Positions 11,395 to 24,893 of a DNA stretch of 64,000 bases are shown piece after piece. The translations under genes were made by a program, and so were the position numbers. The stretch covers positions 42,532,001 through 42,596,000 of the forward strand of contig NC_042999.1 of the NCBI RefSeq assembly GCF_006345805.1, read 5' to 3'. Within the stretch, counting starts at the first letter, position 1; each line of letters opens with the position of its first letter. This DNA is from Octopus sinensis (lineage: Eukaryota). A model generated the notes under the pieces. That model saw only the letters and a program-made list of their open reading frames with translations. It had not been told where the DNA came from and searched no databases.

Positions 11395-11730
11395 AGACCC
11401 CCTTCGGTCACGACACAGACCATGGGATTGCACCTAGAAAGTTACCCTCCCAGGCACAAGTCTGGGCAAGGTTGTTTATGGAAGACTAGCAGTCGCCCAT
11501 GCATATCGGCCTCCCCTCTCCACAAACCAGGGTTATCCAAGGGAAAGGCAACGGCCGATACAGCTTGGCACCTGTGACATCGCAGCTCATTTCTACAGCT
11601 GAGTGAACTGGAGCAACGTGAAATAAAGAGTCTTGCTCAAGAACACAACAAGCAGCCCAGTCCGGGATTCGAGCTCACAACCTCACGATCGTAAGCTCGA
11701 TGCTCTAACCACTGAGTCATGCACCTTCAC
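11395..11730 (-). mobile_element. tRNA-headed SINE family F, full length
   Basis: Minus-strand head gtgaaggtgcatgactcagtggttagagcatcgagc...ctcgaatcccgg. Sister copies lie at 34370-34640 (-) and 61262-61595 (+). Confidence 0.85.
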
Positions 11731-12456
11731 TGGCTTTGTGATATATATGTACAGTAAAAGGTAAAGATTCCTTTTGATCTTGAATGACCATGGGATTGCA
11801 CCTAGAAATAATATAAGTAAACTGCAGTATAGTACACTGTAATGTAATGTGATGTAGTATGGTGCAATATTGGTGTTGCGCATCTATGTCTACAGGAAAA
11901 TTCATGACTAGCAATTCATTTATAAGTATCGCAACTAATTAGTAATGGACTGATTAATGTAATCTCAAAGAAATGGTAAATTATTAATTAATATCATGAC
12001 TTCATCAAAGGGTTAAAAAATAAAAAGTAAATATCTATTACTCTCAAAATTTATTTTGAAGTCGTGTAAACACTATGAAAACTTTGGAAAGCTTTCATAA
12101 TGAGATGTTAAAACTGTTTTGTGTACATAGGCCTAATTATCTTTCGTAAATATGGCAACTGGTTAATTGCATTTTGGTGGATTTGCTATTCTATAGATTT
12201 TGCTAATAAGGGATTTGTTAATCAGTGGATTTACTAATCATTGTATATGCTAAGCAGTAGATTATTATTTAGAAGAATTTTTTTAATCAGTGGATTTTTT
12301 GTTATCAGTGGATGTGCAATTCTGTGGCTTTGCTAGACAATGGATTTGCTAATTGGTGGATTTTTTAATCAATGGTTTTTACTAATCAAATGGAAAAATC
12401 CAGTTACAAGATAACAACACTTGCAATTTAGGAGTAGGCTATGACCATTAGGTAAA

Positions 12457-13360
12457 CAAGGTGATATCAAAAAGTTCTTGGACTAGTTCTGTAGCATGCC
12501 AACAGATGGCAGCACACAGTTGTGTGCATGGTGAGAGCTAGCAGTGACCTTCATGAGGCAGAGTGCTGAGTGACATTGCTGTGTTTACTTTGCAAGTTGA
12601 GAAATTTGTGTTTTTGTGATCACATGTATGCTGTAGTCTGTGATTTTGTCATAGACAAGAATTTGGAAAAAAGAGCCAAACTGGAATTTTGCATTAAACT
12701 TGGGAAGTCAGCTACAGAGACATTGAGCATGCTATGACCCTGAAATGAAGCAGCAATCATCACAAAGGAAGAGTCCTTCATCTCCACAACCAAAGAAGGC
12801 ATGACAGAGCCACAGCTCAATCATTTTTTAAAATTATGCTCATCATATTTTCCATGTCTGCAATATTGTGCACTGAGAGTTCGTTCCCCAGGGCCAAACC
12901 ATCAATTGAGAGTTGCACTGTGACATTTTGAAGCATTTGAAAGAGAAGACATTCAGCGAAAGTGACTGGATCTGTGGAGTGCAAAGAATTGGATTCTTCA
13001 CAATGACAATGCTCCCTGTCACCAAACTTTCCACACACATGAGTTTCTCACCAAAAACAACATGGTATCACTTCTGCATCCACATTATTCACCAGATTAG
13101 TACCTGTGGATTTCCATCTCTTCCCAAAGAATAAAAATGCTGTTTTAATACCGTTGTCAAGATCCTGAGTGAATTGCAGAAGGTCCTCAATATCCTTACG
13201 GAAAATGAATTCCAGGCTGGATTTCAAAAGTGGCAGAAATGCTGGACCTTTATATAGCTGTGCGAGCTGACTATCTCGAAGGAGATAATGTTATAACTTA
13301 GGTAAATAAATTATTCTTTAATAAACATAACTAGTCTGGAAACTTTTTGATATCACCTCG
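12457..13360 (+). mobile_element. Internally deleted, decayed mariner transposon
   Basis: About 30-bp TIRs (caaggtgatatcaaaaagttc / gaaactttttgatatcacctcg). Transposase remnants include KLEFCIKLGKSATET and WILHNDNAPCH...HPHYSPD. Confidence 0.85.
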
Positions 13361-13819
13361 TCAACTTTGCCTTTCATCCTCTCGAGGTCGAGAAATTAAG
13401 TACCAGTTACACACTGGGGTCAATATAATCGACTTAATCCTTTTGTCTGTCCTTGTTTGTCCCCTCTATGTTTAGCCTCTTGTGGGTAGTAAATAAATAA
13501 AATAATGGGATTACTCTTTCTCCACCTTCCATCATAACTTCTTGACCCAACAAGGGAACCTCAACATGGCCATTCAAACTGCAAGAAATAACAACCAAAT
13601 TTCCATCAAATTTAACTCTCCTGTCTCAACACTTTTGATACGAACTTGCCTGAGACAACTGCTAGTTCTATACTACAAACTTACTGTTTTAAAGAGATCT
13701 AAACTAATTCACCCATTAAAATTACATGTAAATTTATGTTTCCAACATCAGAAAAATAATGATAGTTATTGTACAAAATGGCAGTGTGTTTCAATAGATA
13801 TATGGTACCAAAGGGTTAA

Positions 13820-14125
13820 GGAGGCACAATGGCCCAGTGGTTAGCAGCGGACTCGCAGTCGGAGGATCATGGTTTTGATTCCCAGACTGGGGGTTGGGTG
13901 TGTTTATTGAGCGAAAACACTTAAAGCTCCACGAGGCTCCGGCAGGGGGTGGTGGCAACCCTTGTTGTACTCTTTCGTGCCAACTTTCTCTCACTCTTTC
14001 TTCCTGTTTCTTGAATAATGCTGCAATGGACTGGCGTCCCGTCCAGCTGGGGGGAACACATATGCCATAGAAACTGGGAAACCGGGCCCATGAACCTGGC
14101 TAGGCTGGAAAAGGGTGCATAAATA
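13820..14125 (+). mobile_element. SINE with family D head and family E tail
   Basis: The head matches the reverse complement of 50826-51200, and the tail gctgcaatggactggcgtcccgtccagctgggg...aaagggtgcat matches family E. Similar structure occurs at 44576-44860 with TSD atagttaacat. Confidence 0.7.
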
Positions 14126-14585
14126 AAATTTTAAAAAACCCAAGGAGTTAAACACTGTATATTCTAGTCAGAGATACATCCAAAGAGACAGGATGGTCAT
14201 GACAGGAAAGCCTTTAATCACAGGCCTTTGGTGAGATTTGAACTTAGGGTATGGAGCAAGGAAACTGAAATGCTGTGATGTATTTAGGTGTGTACACTGC
14301 TGTTTTTTTGTATGACATGGCATCCTACCACCTTACAACAGCAGTGGCTGCAACAACAAATAACAACAACAACAATATGAAATGTCAGTAAAGAGTTACA
14401 AAAGTAATGGCATTATAAAAACAACAACAATAACAACAACAACAATAGCAATAACAATGACAGCAGGGATAGTAATAAACATGAACAGCAATTACCAAAA
14501 AGCAAAATAAACAGTGAAAAGTAAAAATAATATATATATGTATATATATGTAAATAATATATATATATATATAAAACAGATGTAT

Positions 14586-14616
<31 letters not shown>

Positions 14617-14827
14617 AATGCATAACCCCTCAATATACTTATCAGGATTTAATATCAACAACAACAATTTTATGAAATACAATAACAACAACAACAATAT
14701 GGACAACAGCAACAAAGACATATCAGAATACTACAGACACCAATATGTCATGCTTCAATCCAATCTCTGAGGATTTTCATCTATTATTATAAGATGAATT
14801 ACATAAAGGGAAAATTATTATCATATA

Positions 14828-14836
14828 CATACATAC

Positions 14837-14924
<88 letters not shown>

Positions 14925-14925
14925 G

Positions 14926-14965
<40 letters not shown>

Positions 14966-15002
14966 TGTATATATTATATATATATATATGTATGTATATA
15001 TT

Positions 15003-15033
<31 letters not shown>

Positions 15034-15064
15034 CTATATATCTATATATATATATGTCTGTATA

Positions 15065-15131
<67 letters not shown>

Positions 15132-15134
15132 ATG

Positions 15135-15165
<31 letters not shown>
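14828..15165. repeat. Long interrupted (TA)n/(TG)n microsatellite
   Basis: Directly visible. It is the source of the YI-repeat ORFs in the track. Confidence 0.95.
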
Positions 15166-16062
15166 ATTCATAAGCATAAATACACACACACAAACACACA
15201 CATATGCATATAAATATACGAGCCAACAGAGAAGACCACTCAATCTATTGGGTAGATTGTAATACTCATTAATATATGAACGCTTGCAACAACAAAAAAC
15301 AAAATACAACATGCAAATGGGTATTATGTATGCAATGGTAATTCTGAAGATATTCTGTTTAATGAACGACGGTAATTGATGTACAAGGCATGCTAGCTAC
15401 AACAACAAGCCTACAACGAAAGGAAATAAAAGAGAACAAAACAAAAATAACAAAAACAAAAACACAGTTAATTGCATTTGCCATAAGCCCCTTACATTAA
15501 TAATTAATGAATGAAATATGAACTTCAGGATAGGCTCAGTTTTTTTTTATATTTTTTTTTGTTTTCTAAACTTCAGTTCATAATTCATTGTTCAATATTT
15601 TAAATTATCATCCTATTAGTAATAAGGGTTTTACAATTGCTGGGTTTGGTTTGGTTTGGTTTCATAGTTATTATTATTATTATCATTATTATTATTATTA
15701 TCATCATCATCATTGTCGTTAATAAAGTTATTTGTATTTTTATTTGTAAGTATATCTTAATATTAAAAAGATGTATGACATATATCATTATTATTATTAT
15801 TATTATCTATTATCCTTACTATCATTATTATTAAGGCTGCAAGCCTTAATAATAACTTATTATTAAGTTATTATTAGTGCTTAGCGAAATGCTTAGCGGT
15901 ATCTTGTCTGCTGTTTCGTTCTGAGTTCGAATTCTGCCAAGGTCAACTTTGCCTTTCATCCTTTAGGGGTTCATAAATTAAGTGCCAGCTGACTACTGGG
16001 GTCGATGTAACTGACTATCTCCCTCCCCGCAATTTCAGGCCTTGTGCCTATTGTAGAAAGGA

Positions 16063-16093
<31 letters not shown>

Positions 16094-16574
16094 TATTAGT
16101 ATTAGTAAGGTGGTAAGTTGGCAGAATTATTGTCGTTATAATTCCTCCTCATCATCATCATCGTTTAATGGCCGCTTTCCATGCTAGCATGGTTAGGACA
16201 GTTTGAGTGATCTGGCAGAATTTCTATAGCTGGATGCCCTTCATAATGCCAACCACTCCAAGAGTGTAGTGGGTGCTTTTACATGCCAGCAAGGCGACGC
16301 TGGTAACGATCAATATAAATATGATGCTTATAATTCTTTTTTTTTTTTGTAAGTATTTGAGTGTTAGTTAATTGTTTGTGTTGTATTAAATCTTTACACT
16401 GCAATTTTGACAAATTTTCTAACAGAGTTAGCTACTGTTTTTAGATTTATTTTCTTTTTACCCCAACATTGAGCATTCTTATTGTCTATTTTATGTTGAT
16501 AACTTCTTAACTTTTTTAACAATACATTCTTCATATAACCCTGTTATTTTGTTATTATCAATATTTAAGCTTTG

Positions 16575-17037
16575 CCATCCATGCTAGTGGAGCGCCAAGA
16601 GTACCATCCGAGCATGATCATTGCCAGAGCAACAAGCTGGCCTCCGTGCCAGTAGCACATAAAAAACACCATTTGAACGTGATCGTTATCAGCGTTGCCT
16701 TACTCGCATTTGTGCTGGTGGCACATGAAAAAACATTTGAGTGAGGTCGTTTCTGGTGCCGCTGGACTGGCTCCTGTGCAGGTGGCACATAAAAAGCACC
16801 ATTTGAGCGTGGCTGATGCCAGTACCGCCTGACTGGCCCTCGTACCGGAGGCACATAAAAGCACCCACCACACTCTCAGAGTGGTTGGCATTAGGAAGGA
16901 CATCCAGTTGTAGAATCTCTGCCAGATCAGATTGGAGTCTGGTGCAGCCATCTGGTTTGCCAGTCCTCAGTCAAATCGTCCAACCCATGCTAGCATGGAA
17001 AGCAGACGTTAAACGATGTTGATGATGATGATGATGA
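16575..17037 (+). mobile_element. SINE-like family C with internal about 60-bp subrepeats and (GAT)n tail
   Basis: Four gtggcacataaaaagcacc subrepeats, then gagtggttggcattaggaagg...ccaacccatgctagcatggaaag and (gat)n. Other copies lie at 18195-18472, 37405-37905, 43445-43862, 52205-52400 (+) and 50275-50660 (-). Confidence 0.8.
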
Positions 17038-17349
17038 GTAACATAACTCAGTACCAAAATGCAATGGTCTTTCCTTTTGAACAATGCTTACAGTCTTCCT
17101 TAATCTACGTTGGTCATTTAGAGAGGACCCTTTAACCATTTAGCATTAAAAGAAATGCATATTAGTTCACATTCTTTTGAATCAATTAATCATGCATCAT
17201 CATCATCATCGTTTAGCGTCCGTTTTCCATGCTAGCATGGGTTGGACATATCAGAATACTACAGACACCAATGTCATGCTTCAATCCAATCTCTGAGGAT
17301 TTTCATCTATTATTATAAGATGAATTACATAAGGGAAAATTATTATCAT

Positions 17350-17448
<99 letters not shown>

Positions 17449-17472
17449 ATATATATATATGTATGTATATAT

Positions 17473-17505
<33 letters not shown>

Positions 17506-18159
17506 ATTCATAAGCATAAATATATATACACACACACACAAACACACACATATGCATATAAATATACGACCCAACAGAGAAGACCACTCAATCTATTGGG
17601 TAGATTGTAATACTCGTTAATACATGAACGCTTGCAACAAAAAACAAAATACAACATGCAAATAGGTATTATATATATATCATCTTGTAACTTTGATATT
17701 TCAATAATGTGACTGATTATTATTAGAATGACATTGTAGGGTAGGTGTGTGAGGCCAAATCTGATTGGTTTAAACATAAAGCAAGTTGAATATTTGGATC
17801 TGATATGGCCGGTTTAAATGCTAAAAGGTAAAAAGCATGTTTTTTACTCAGTGTATTCTAAGTGGCTGTGTAAGCTGTAGAGATATGTATTCTCTACTTC
17901 CTGTTCAACTGCTATATAAAAATGCGGGTGAATCTTGATAGCAGCTCAGGTGAGTTTTGCCAATACAGGTGAAATATGATCACACATGGTAGCATGGTGA
18001 CAAGAAATAGTAACATCTATGCCAATGTTTCTCAAGATGTTACTATGTTACTTCAGGAGGGAGTACAGTTCAGTAACAGGTGAATAAATCTTGCAATAAA
18101 GATTTAATTCAAAATTCTTTTGTGTATATATATATATATATATATATACATATACATAC

Positions 18160-18193
<34 letters not shown>

Positions 18194-18574
18194 GCGCCGC
18201 CTCGAGTGGCTTCCGTGCTGGTGGCACGTAAATTGCACCAATCCGACCGTGGCTGTTGCCAGCCTCGCCTGGCACCTGTGCGGGTGGCACGTAAAAAGCA
18301 CCCACTACACTCACGGAGTGGTTGGCGTTAGGAAGGGCATCCAGCTGTAGAAACATTGCCAGATAAGACTGGAGCCTGGTGCATCCTTCTGGCTTCCCAG
18401 ATCCCTGGTCGAACCGTCCAACCCATGCTAGCATGGAGAACGGACGTTAAACGATGATGATGATGATGATGATCTATATATATATATATATATGTGTGTG
18501 TGAGTGTGTGTGTGTGTGTGTATGTGTGTCTGTGTGTGTGTGTATGTATGTGTGTCTACACACGTATACGACAT

Positions 18575-19100
18575 AAGGACTACAGTGAAGTCACTTGGGA
18601 TGGATCCAGAATACATAGAAGCCCTTGCTTTGGATTGAGTTGGATGGTGAGCAAAAGTGTGGAGTGGAATGAAAGCATTTGAAGAGGCCTGGATAAAGCA
18701 TGTAAGACTCAAAAGAAATCTGAAGAAGAATGTTATGACCGAGAAGGTGAATGACAATGACCTTTTTGTGTGAACAGTTTTGCTGGACTCAAATCTCATT
18801 TGCAAGCCAGTGGAAAACGAACCTCCACCAACTATTCTGCCTATATGACAGTGCAGACCTTTGAATGCAGTGTATGCCAGAAGGTTTGCAAATCTAATAG
18901 AGGCCTCAAAAGACATTTTAAGACCCACAAGGATCAGAACTTATCTGCAGCTCTTGGTGGTCCAAATAGGATGTGCAATCTATGTGGGTGTCTCTTTTCA
19001 AAACATTGTCTGATTTAAAAAGCCACATCAGATAGCATGATGGTGCTAAGATGTAGGTACAGGAGATGGTCAAACTCTGCATAAGGAGTAGACAACCACC
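18575..19100 (+). mobile_element. RTE-clade LINE 3' fragment with C2H2 zinc-finger remnants
   Basis: ...EALALD*VGW...AFEEAW...RLKRNLKK, then FECSVCQKVCKSNRGLKRHFKTH and MCNLCG, with stops. Confidence 0.7.
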
Positions 19101-19317
19101 ATATGTGCATACACAAACACACACACACCCACATACCCTCCCACACACACGCACGCATGCACAAACACACATACTAACTTTGGCCATTTATGATAAAAAA
19201 CACCTCTTTTTGGAAACTTGAAGTGGTATAAGAGACAAAAAAATGAATGAGAAATATTGCGCTACACCACTGACCGCTGTCATTACTAACTTCCTCATGA
19301 TTATCAATATCATCGCA

Positions 19318-20035
19318 GAGGCAGCAAGCTAGCAGAATCGTTAGCACACTAGATGAAATGCTAATGCTTAGTGGTATATCGCCCGTTGCTATGTTCTGAG
19401 TTCAAATTCCACCAAGTTCAATTTTGCCTTTTGTCTTTTCAGGGTCAATGAAACAAGTACCAGTTACACACTGGGGTCAATTTAATCGACTTGCCCCTCC
19501 CTTCCCCAATAGTTTCGGGTCTTGTGCTTTTAGTAGAAAGGATTATTAATACCTATTTCTTTACTACACACAAGGGGCTAAACATAGAGGGGACAAACAT
19601 GGACAGACATAGATATTAAGTCGATTATATCGACCCCAGTGCGTAACTGGTACTTTATTTATCAACCCCGAAAGGATGAAAGGCAAAGTCGACCTCGGCG
19701 GAATTTAAACTCGGAACGTAAAGACAGACGAAATACCGCTATGCATTTCGCCCGGCGTGCTAACGTTTCTGCCAGCTTGCCACCTTATATTATTAATACC
19801 TATTTCTTTACTACACACAAGGGGTTAAACACAGAAGGGACAAACAAAGACAGACAAACAGATTAAGTCGATTATATCGACCCCAGTGCATAACTGGTAC
19901 TTAATTTATCGACCCCGAGAGGATGAAAGGCAAAGTTGACCTTGGCGGAATTTGAACTCAGAAAGTAGCGGCAGATGAAATACCGCTAAGCATTTCACCT
20001 GGCATGCTAACGTTTCTACCAGCTTGCTGCCTTCG
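19318..20035. mobile_element. Cluster of three SINE family B copies (+, -, -)
   Basis: 19318-19545 (+), 19548-19790 (-) and 19795-20035 (-), each matching the family B consensus. Confidence 0.85.
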
Positions 20036-20106
20036 ATTATTAATACCATCACCTTTATTACTGGTATTACCATTACTATTATTAATATCACTACCGTCAT
20101 TTGTCT

Positions 20107-20442
20107 CTAGTTACTTATAGTATTACTAAATAAATTGTAACACTCACTCTTTATAGCCTCAACTTCTAATTTCGTCAACCAACGCCCTTTCTTACTGTGC
20201 TTGCTGATATTGTCCACGTGGCTGAATATTTGTCTTTTCTGATTAGCTATTCTTTGTTCAGTGTAGGTCGTATCTGGGTACAATTGTTTCCAATAACGAT
20301 ACATTGATCGCCTACATGAGGTTGGTGTATTTACAACGGCCCTGAAGTAACATCGGACAACATCTATTTTCATTTTCTTCGTCCATCGTTGTCTGTGTCT
20401 TGCTGCTTTGTACTTTTGACGAGTTCTCTTTTGTGCTGGCAT
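20107..20442 (-). mobile_element. N-terminal Myb-like region of an R4/Dong-type non-LTR retrotransposon ORF
   Basis: RQRWT...VVRCYF...RRSMYRYW...TEQRIANQKRQI...WLTKLEVEAIK matches the recalled R4/Dong N-terminal pattern (RxxWT...CY...W...EQRxADQxRxI...WL..LE.E.I). Confidence 0.65.
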
Positions 20443-20860
20443 ATCTTAAGAAGACAAATGGCTATCCATAACTCTATGAATTTCTGATCACGATTGATTG
20501 TATGAATCCTAGTACAGAATCTATCTAATAAAATACGCCACATTCTTATTTTGCAGGAACTTAATATTTAACTGTGTGTGCATGTGTGTGTGCATGCGTG
20601 TGTGAATTTATTCTGTATTTGTGGATTAACAAGGCAACCAATGGTTTCATGTGGACATGGTCTCCACAATTGTTTCAGCTCACCATTTGAGAGTGTTGGT
20701 TCTCAGCTCTCAACCTGAAGATGAGTTCCAGCATTGCCCAGTGGTGAGCTTGAACAACCGTGGAAACCTCTTTCACATGAAACTGTTGGTTGCCTTGTTA
20801 ATCCACAAAGAATATTTAACAAAGTGGTGTTGAGCACTCATTCTCACTGTTCAATACTAG

Positions 20861-20901
<41 letters not shown>

Positions 20902-21228
20902 ACTCATGTATGTACTATGCATATATGTGCATGAGTGTATGTATCTGTGTGCTTGATACATTTGTGCTTCTCTAAAAATTATCAAGCTACAAGCAGTGAC
21001 GTGTTATCTTTTTCCCTGTCAACCAATCATATGTAGTGTTTGCACCTTCATAAATAAGAAATCTCTGACTTGAAAAAAAAAACAAACACAAAAACAGATA
21101 AGGTTAGAGACAAAAAAGCATCCAGACTGTTGTAAGTCAATACCTCAGTAATATATCCATCAAATTTATGCTAGTTTAGAAAAATGGACATAAAAATGAG
21201 TGAATAAGCAAATTAATCATTATTATTA

Positions 21229-21268
<40 letters not shown>

Positions 21269-21494
21269 CATGGGGTCAATGTAATAGACTTACTTCCGCC
21301 CCTGTGCCAAAATTTGAAATCATTATTATTATTATTATTATATTATTATTATTATTATTATTGGTGCAGCCTTCTGGCTTCCCAGATCCCCGGTCGAACC
21401 GTCCAACCCATGCTAGCATGGAGAACGGACGTTAAACGATGATGATGATGATGATGAAGATGATTATTATTATTATAATTATTATTATTATTAT

Positions 21495-23520
21495 CAAATG
21501 CTTAGCAGCATTTTGTTCCGCCTTAAATTCTAAGATCAAATTCTGCCAAGATCATCTTTGCCTTTCATCCTTTCAGGATCCGTAAGTTAAGTACCAGTAA
21601 AACACTGAGGGTTGATGCAATCGACTAGTCCCCTCCATGCAAATTTCAGGCCTTGTGCCTTTAGTAGAAAGGATTATTACTACTACTACTACTACTACTA
21701 CTATTATCACTAAGGCAAAATGCTTTTCAGTATTTCTTCCAGCATTATGTTCTGAATGGAAGGCAGCGAGCTGGCAGAAATGTTAGCATGTCAGGCGAAA
21801 TGCTTAGTGGTATTTCATCTGTCTTTACGTTCTGAGTTCAAATTCCGCCAAGGTTGACTTTGCCTTTCATCATTTCAGGGTCAATAAATGAAGTACCAGT
21901 TGCATACTGGGGTCGATCTAATCAACTGCCCCCCCCCCCCCTCATGCTCGATACCGAGAACTCGCCAAATTCACTCGCCGCTTCGTGCCTCGTCGATAAC
22001 ACACGGACACACACACTCGTGGTCTTCGTCGTACTCAGACTTACTCCCCGGCAATAAACCGGCCGTGCTCGTACTCGTGCTCGATACCGAGAACTCGCCC
22101 CCAGAACTCGCCGCTTCGTGCCTCATCGATAACACACGGACACACACACTCTTGTACCTAGAGTAGAAAAGATTATGTTCAGAATGGAACTGTCACCAAG
22201 GCCAACTTTGCTTCTTTTGGGATTGATAAAATAAGAACCAGTCCAGTACTGGGATCAATGCAATCAACTAGCCCCCACCTGCCAAATTTCAGGCCTTGTG
22301 CCTATAGCAGACAGGATCATCATCATCATCATCATCATTAAGGCAGCAAGCTGGCAGAAATGTTAGCATGCCAGGCAAAATGCTTAGCAGTATTTCATCT
22401 GTCTTTACGTTCTGAGTTCAAATTCAGACAAGGTTGACTTCACCTTTTATCCTTTCGGGGCTATTGAAATAAGTACCTGTTAAACACTGAGGTCATTTTG
22501 ATTGACTTACACCTTCCTCCAAAATTTCAAGCCTTGTGCATTACCCACTCCCCAAAATTGCTGGCCTTGTGCCAAAATTTGAAACTATTATTATTATTAT
22601 TGAGTGACAGAGTAATGCATGCCATCAAAGTGACAATGGGGTAAAATATATACAAATCCAATATACCTGTCATGACTACCCATCTGATAAGGGTACATCA
22701 GACACATGCCTCACAACCATATGTACACAACATGGCAATTTCATATCAAAATAAACAGCACATGGCCTTGCAGGTGGGGCTCAGTTAGAATTTTCTTCAG
22801 ATTGAGTAGCCCATCCCACTCAAAAGGTCCCTGAACATGGGTTGTTTAAGGATGATGAACAAAACACCCATGTTTCCAGGGGTGAATTATTCAAGTTACA
22901 AAGAATCCCTCTCAGTACATGGCTATGATGCCCTCCCTCTAGTTCTGCTTGTGATCAGAGATGCACATATCATCAGCCTCTAAGGTCAAACAAATGACAA
23001 GCAAATCTGTAGAACAGAGCAGAATATTTACTGTAGCCCATCTTTTTATACCCAGACAAAACATGTACACGATAACACTAACAATTGATACAGATTAGAA
23101 ACCATGAACATTCTTTTCTATTCTAGGCACAAGGCCTGAAATTTTGGGGGGAGGGGGCCAGTCAATTAGATTGACCCCAGTACACAACTGGTACTTAATT
23201 TATCGACTCTGAAAGGACTAAAGGCAAAACTGACCGTGGCAGAATTTGAACTCAAAATATAAAGACAGACGAAATACCGCTTAGTATTTCACCCAGCATG
23301 CTAATGTTTCTGCCAGCTCTCTGTCTTAGAAGCCATGAATATTGTTATTGCTATGGCAGCGAGCTGGAAGAATTATTACTCTGCCAGATGAAATACTTAA
23401 TGACATTTCTTCTGAGTTCAAGTTCCACGAAAGTTAACTTTGCCTTTCAGACTTTTGTGGTCAATAAAATAAGTACCAGCTGAGCACTGGAATCAATGCA
23501 AGCAACTTCCTCCACCCCTG
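21495..23520. mobile_element. Cluster of SINE family B copies
   Basis: Copies at about 21495-21675, 21760-22172 and 22340-22590 (+), 23115-23328 (-) and 23355-23520 (+), separated by (ATT)/(ACT)/(CAT)n tails. Confidence 0.8.
22598..23079 (-). repeat. Unclassified about 0.5-kb interspersed repeat embedded in (TAA)n
   Basis: Reverse complement aligns by eye with 23730-24234. Both copies abut (ATT/AAT)n. Confidence 0.75.
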
Positions 23521-23609
23521 AAAATCACTGTCTTTGTTTGCTAAATTTAGACTGAAGTAGTATTGTTATAAACATCATCATCATCATCATTATAATTATT
23601 GTTACTATG

Positions 23610-23652
<43 letters not shown>

Positions 23653-23676
23653 CAATAATAATAATGATAATAATAA

Positions 23677-24234
23677 ATGCTCAAATGCAGTACCAGGCAG
23701 TGGCTCTCATGGCTTCTGATCTTAACTGATTGGAAGTGTTATCATGTAATTGTTTTGTCTTGGTATAAAAGATGGCCTACAGCAAAAATTCTGCTCAATA
23801 CCACAGATTTGCTTGTCAGTTGTTTGACCTTAACCAGTTGAGCATGTCCCTTAGTGGCTGACAATATGTGCATCTCTGATCATGAGCAGAAGTAGTGAGG
23901 GAACATCATAGCCATGTGTTGAGAGGGATTCTTTGGGGTTTGAATAATTCACCTCTGGAACCATGGGTGTTTTGTTCAACATCCTTAAACAACCCTTATT
24001 CAGAGACCTTTTGAGCGGGATGGGTTACTCGACCTGAAGAAAATTCTAACTGGGCACCACCTGCAAGGTCATGTGCTGTTTATCTTGATATGAGATCACC
24101 ATGTCGCCTGCATATGGTTGTGATGCATGTGCCTAGTGTACCCTTATCAGACGGGTAATCATGATGGGTATACCGGGCTTCGTATATTTTACCCCAGTGT
24201 CACTTTGATGGCATGCACTGCTCTCTCACTCAAT
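23677..24234 (+). repeat. Unclassified about 0.55-kb interspersed repeat embedded in (TAA)n
   Basis: Flanked on both sides by (AAT)n. It is the inverted partner of 22598-23079. Confidence 0.75.
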
Positions 24235-24259
24235 AATAATAATAATAATAATAATAATA

Positions 24260-24304
<45 letters not shown>

Positions 24305-24893
24305 ATTATGATTATTATTATGAGTATTATTATTATCATTAATATTATTATTATTATGAATATTGTTGTTGTTCTTATTATTTTTATTATTATTATTATT
24401 ATCATTATTATTATTATTATTATTATTACTATTATTATTATTAATTCTGATGTGATAGGATAGGATTTAATCTTGACAATGTAAACAGCCAGCTTACTTG
24501 CCAATTTCCAATTACCTCAACATTCACTCAATTTATTCTCAAACAAACTCTACTTGTGTGTGTGTGTGTTTGTGTGCACGTGCGTGTGTGTGTGTATGCA
24601 TGTGTGTGTTTTGTAGGGCTGACTGAGAGGAATGTACAGTATCCAATGCGTTTTCAAGGCTGGTGAATAAAGATACTTGGTTTAGATCAATACAGTTGAT
24701 GTTTAGTTTAATCATCTACATGGGTAGAAAAGGGTGAGGGTGGGGATGGGGGTTCCAGAGTTCTGTTGCGAAGAAGGACTGGATTAAGTAATGAGAGGAG
24801 AACAGAGAAGGGTTTAATGAGTAGCTAAAGGACGAGTGAATATTAAGGAGTGGATTCAAAAGCAAAGTTCTGTAAGAGAAATGATTGTGGCTA

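Noticed and set aside
12170-12395. Degenerate about 20-nt repeat (aatcagtggatttt)
   Set aside because: A heavily decayed minisatellite with no regular spacers or coding potential.
14385-15312. Numerous ORFs rich in YI, CV, HT, I or L repeats here and at 17281-17620, 24226-24504, 47515-48560 and 56377-58027
   Set aside because: These are translations of (TA)n, (CA)n and (ATT)n microsatellites with no coding signal.
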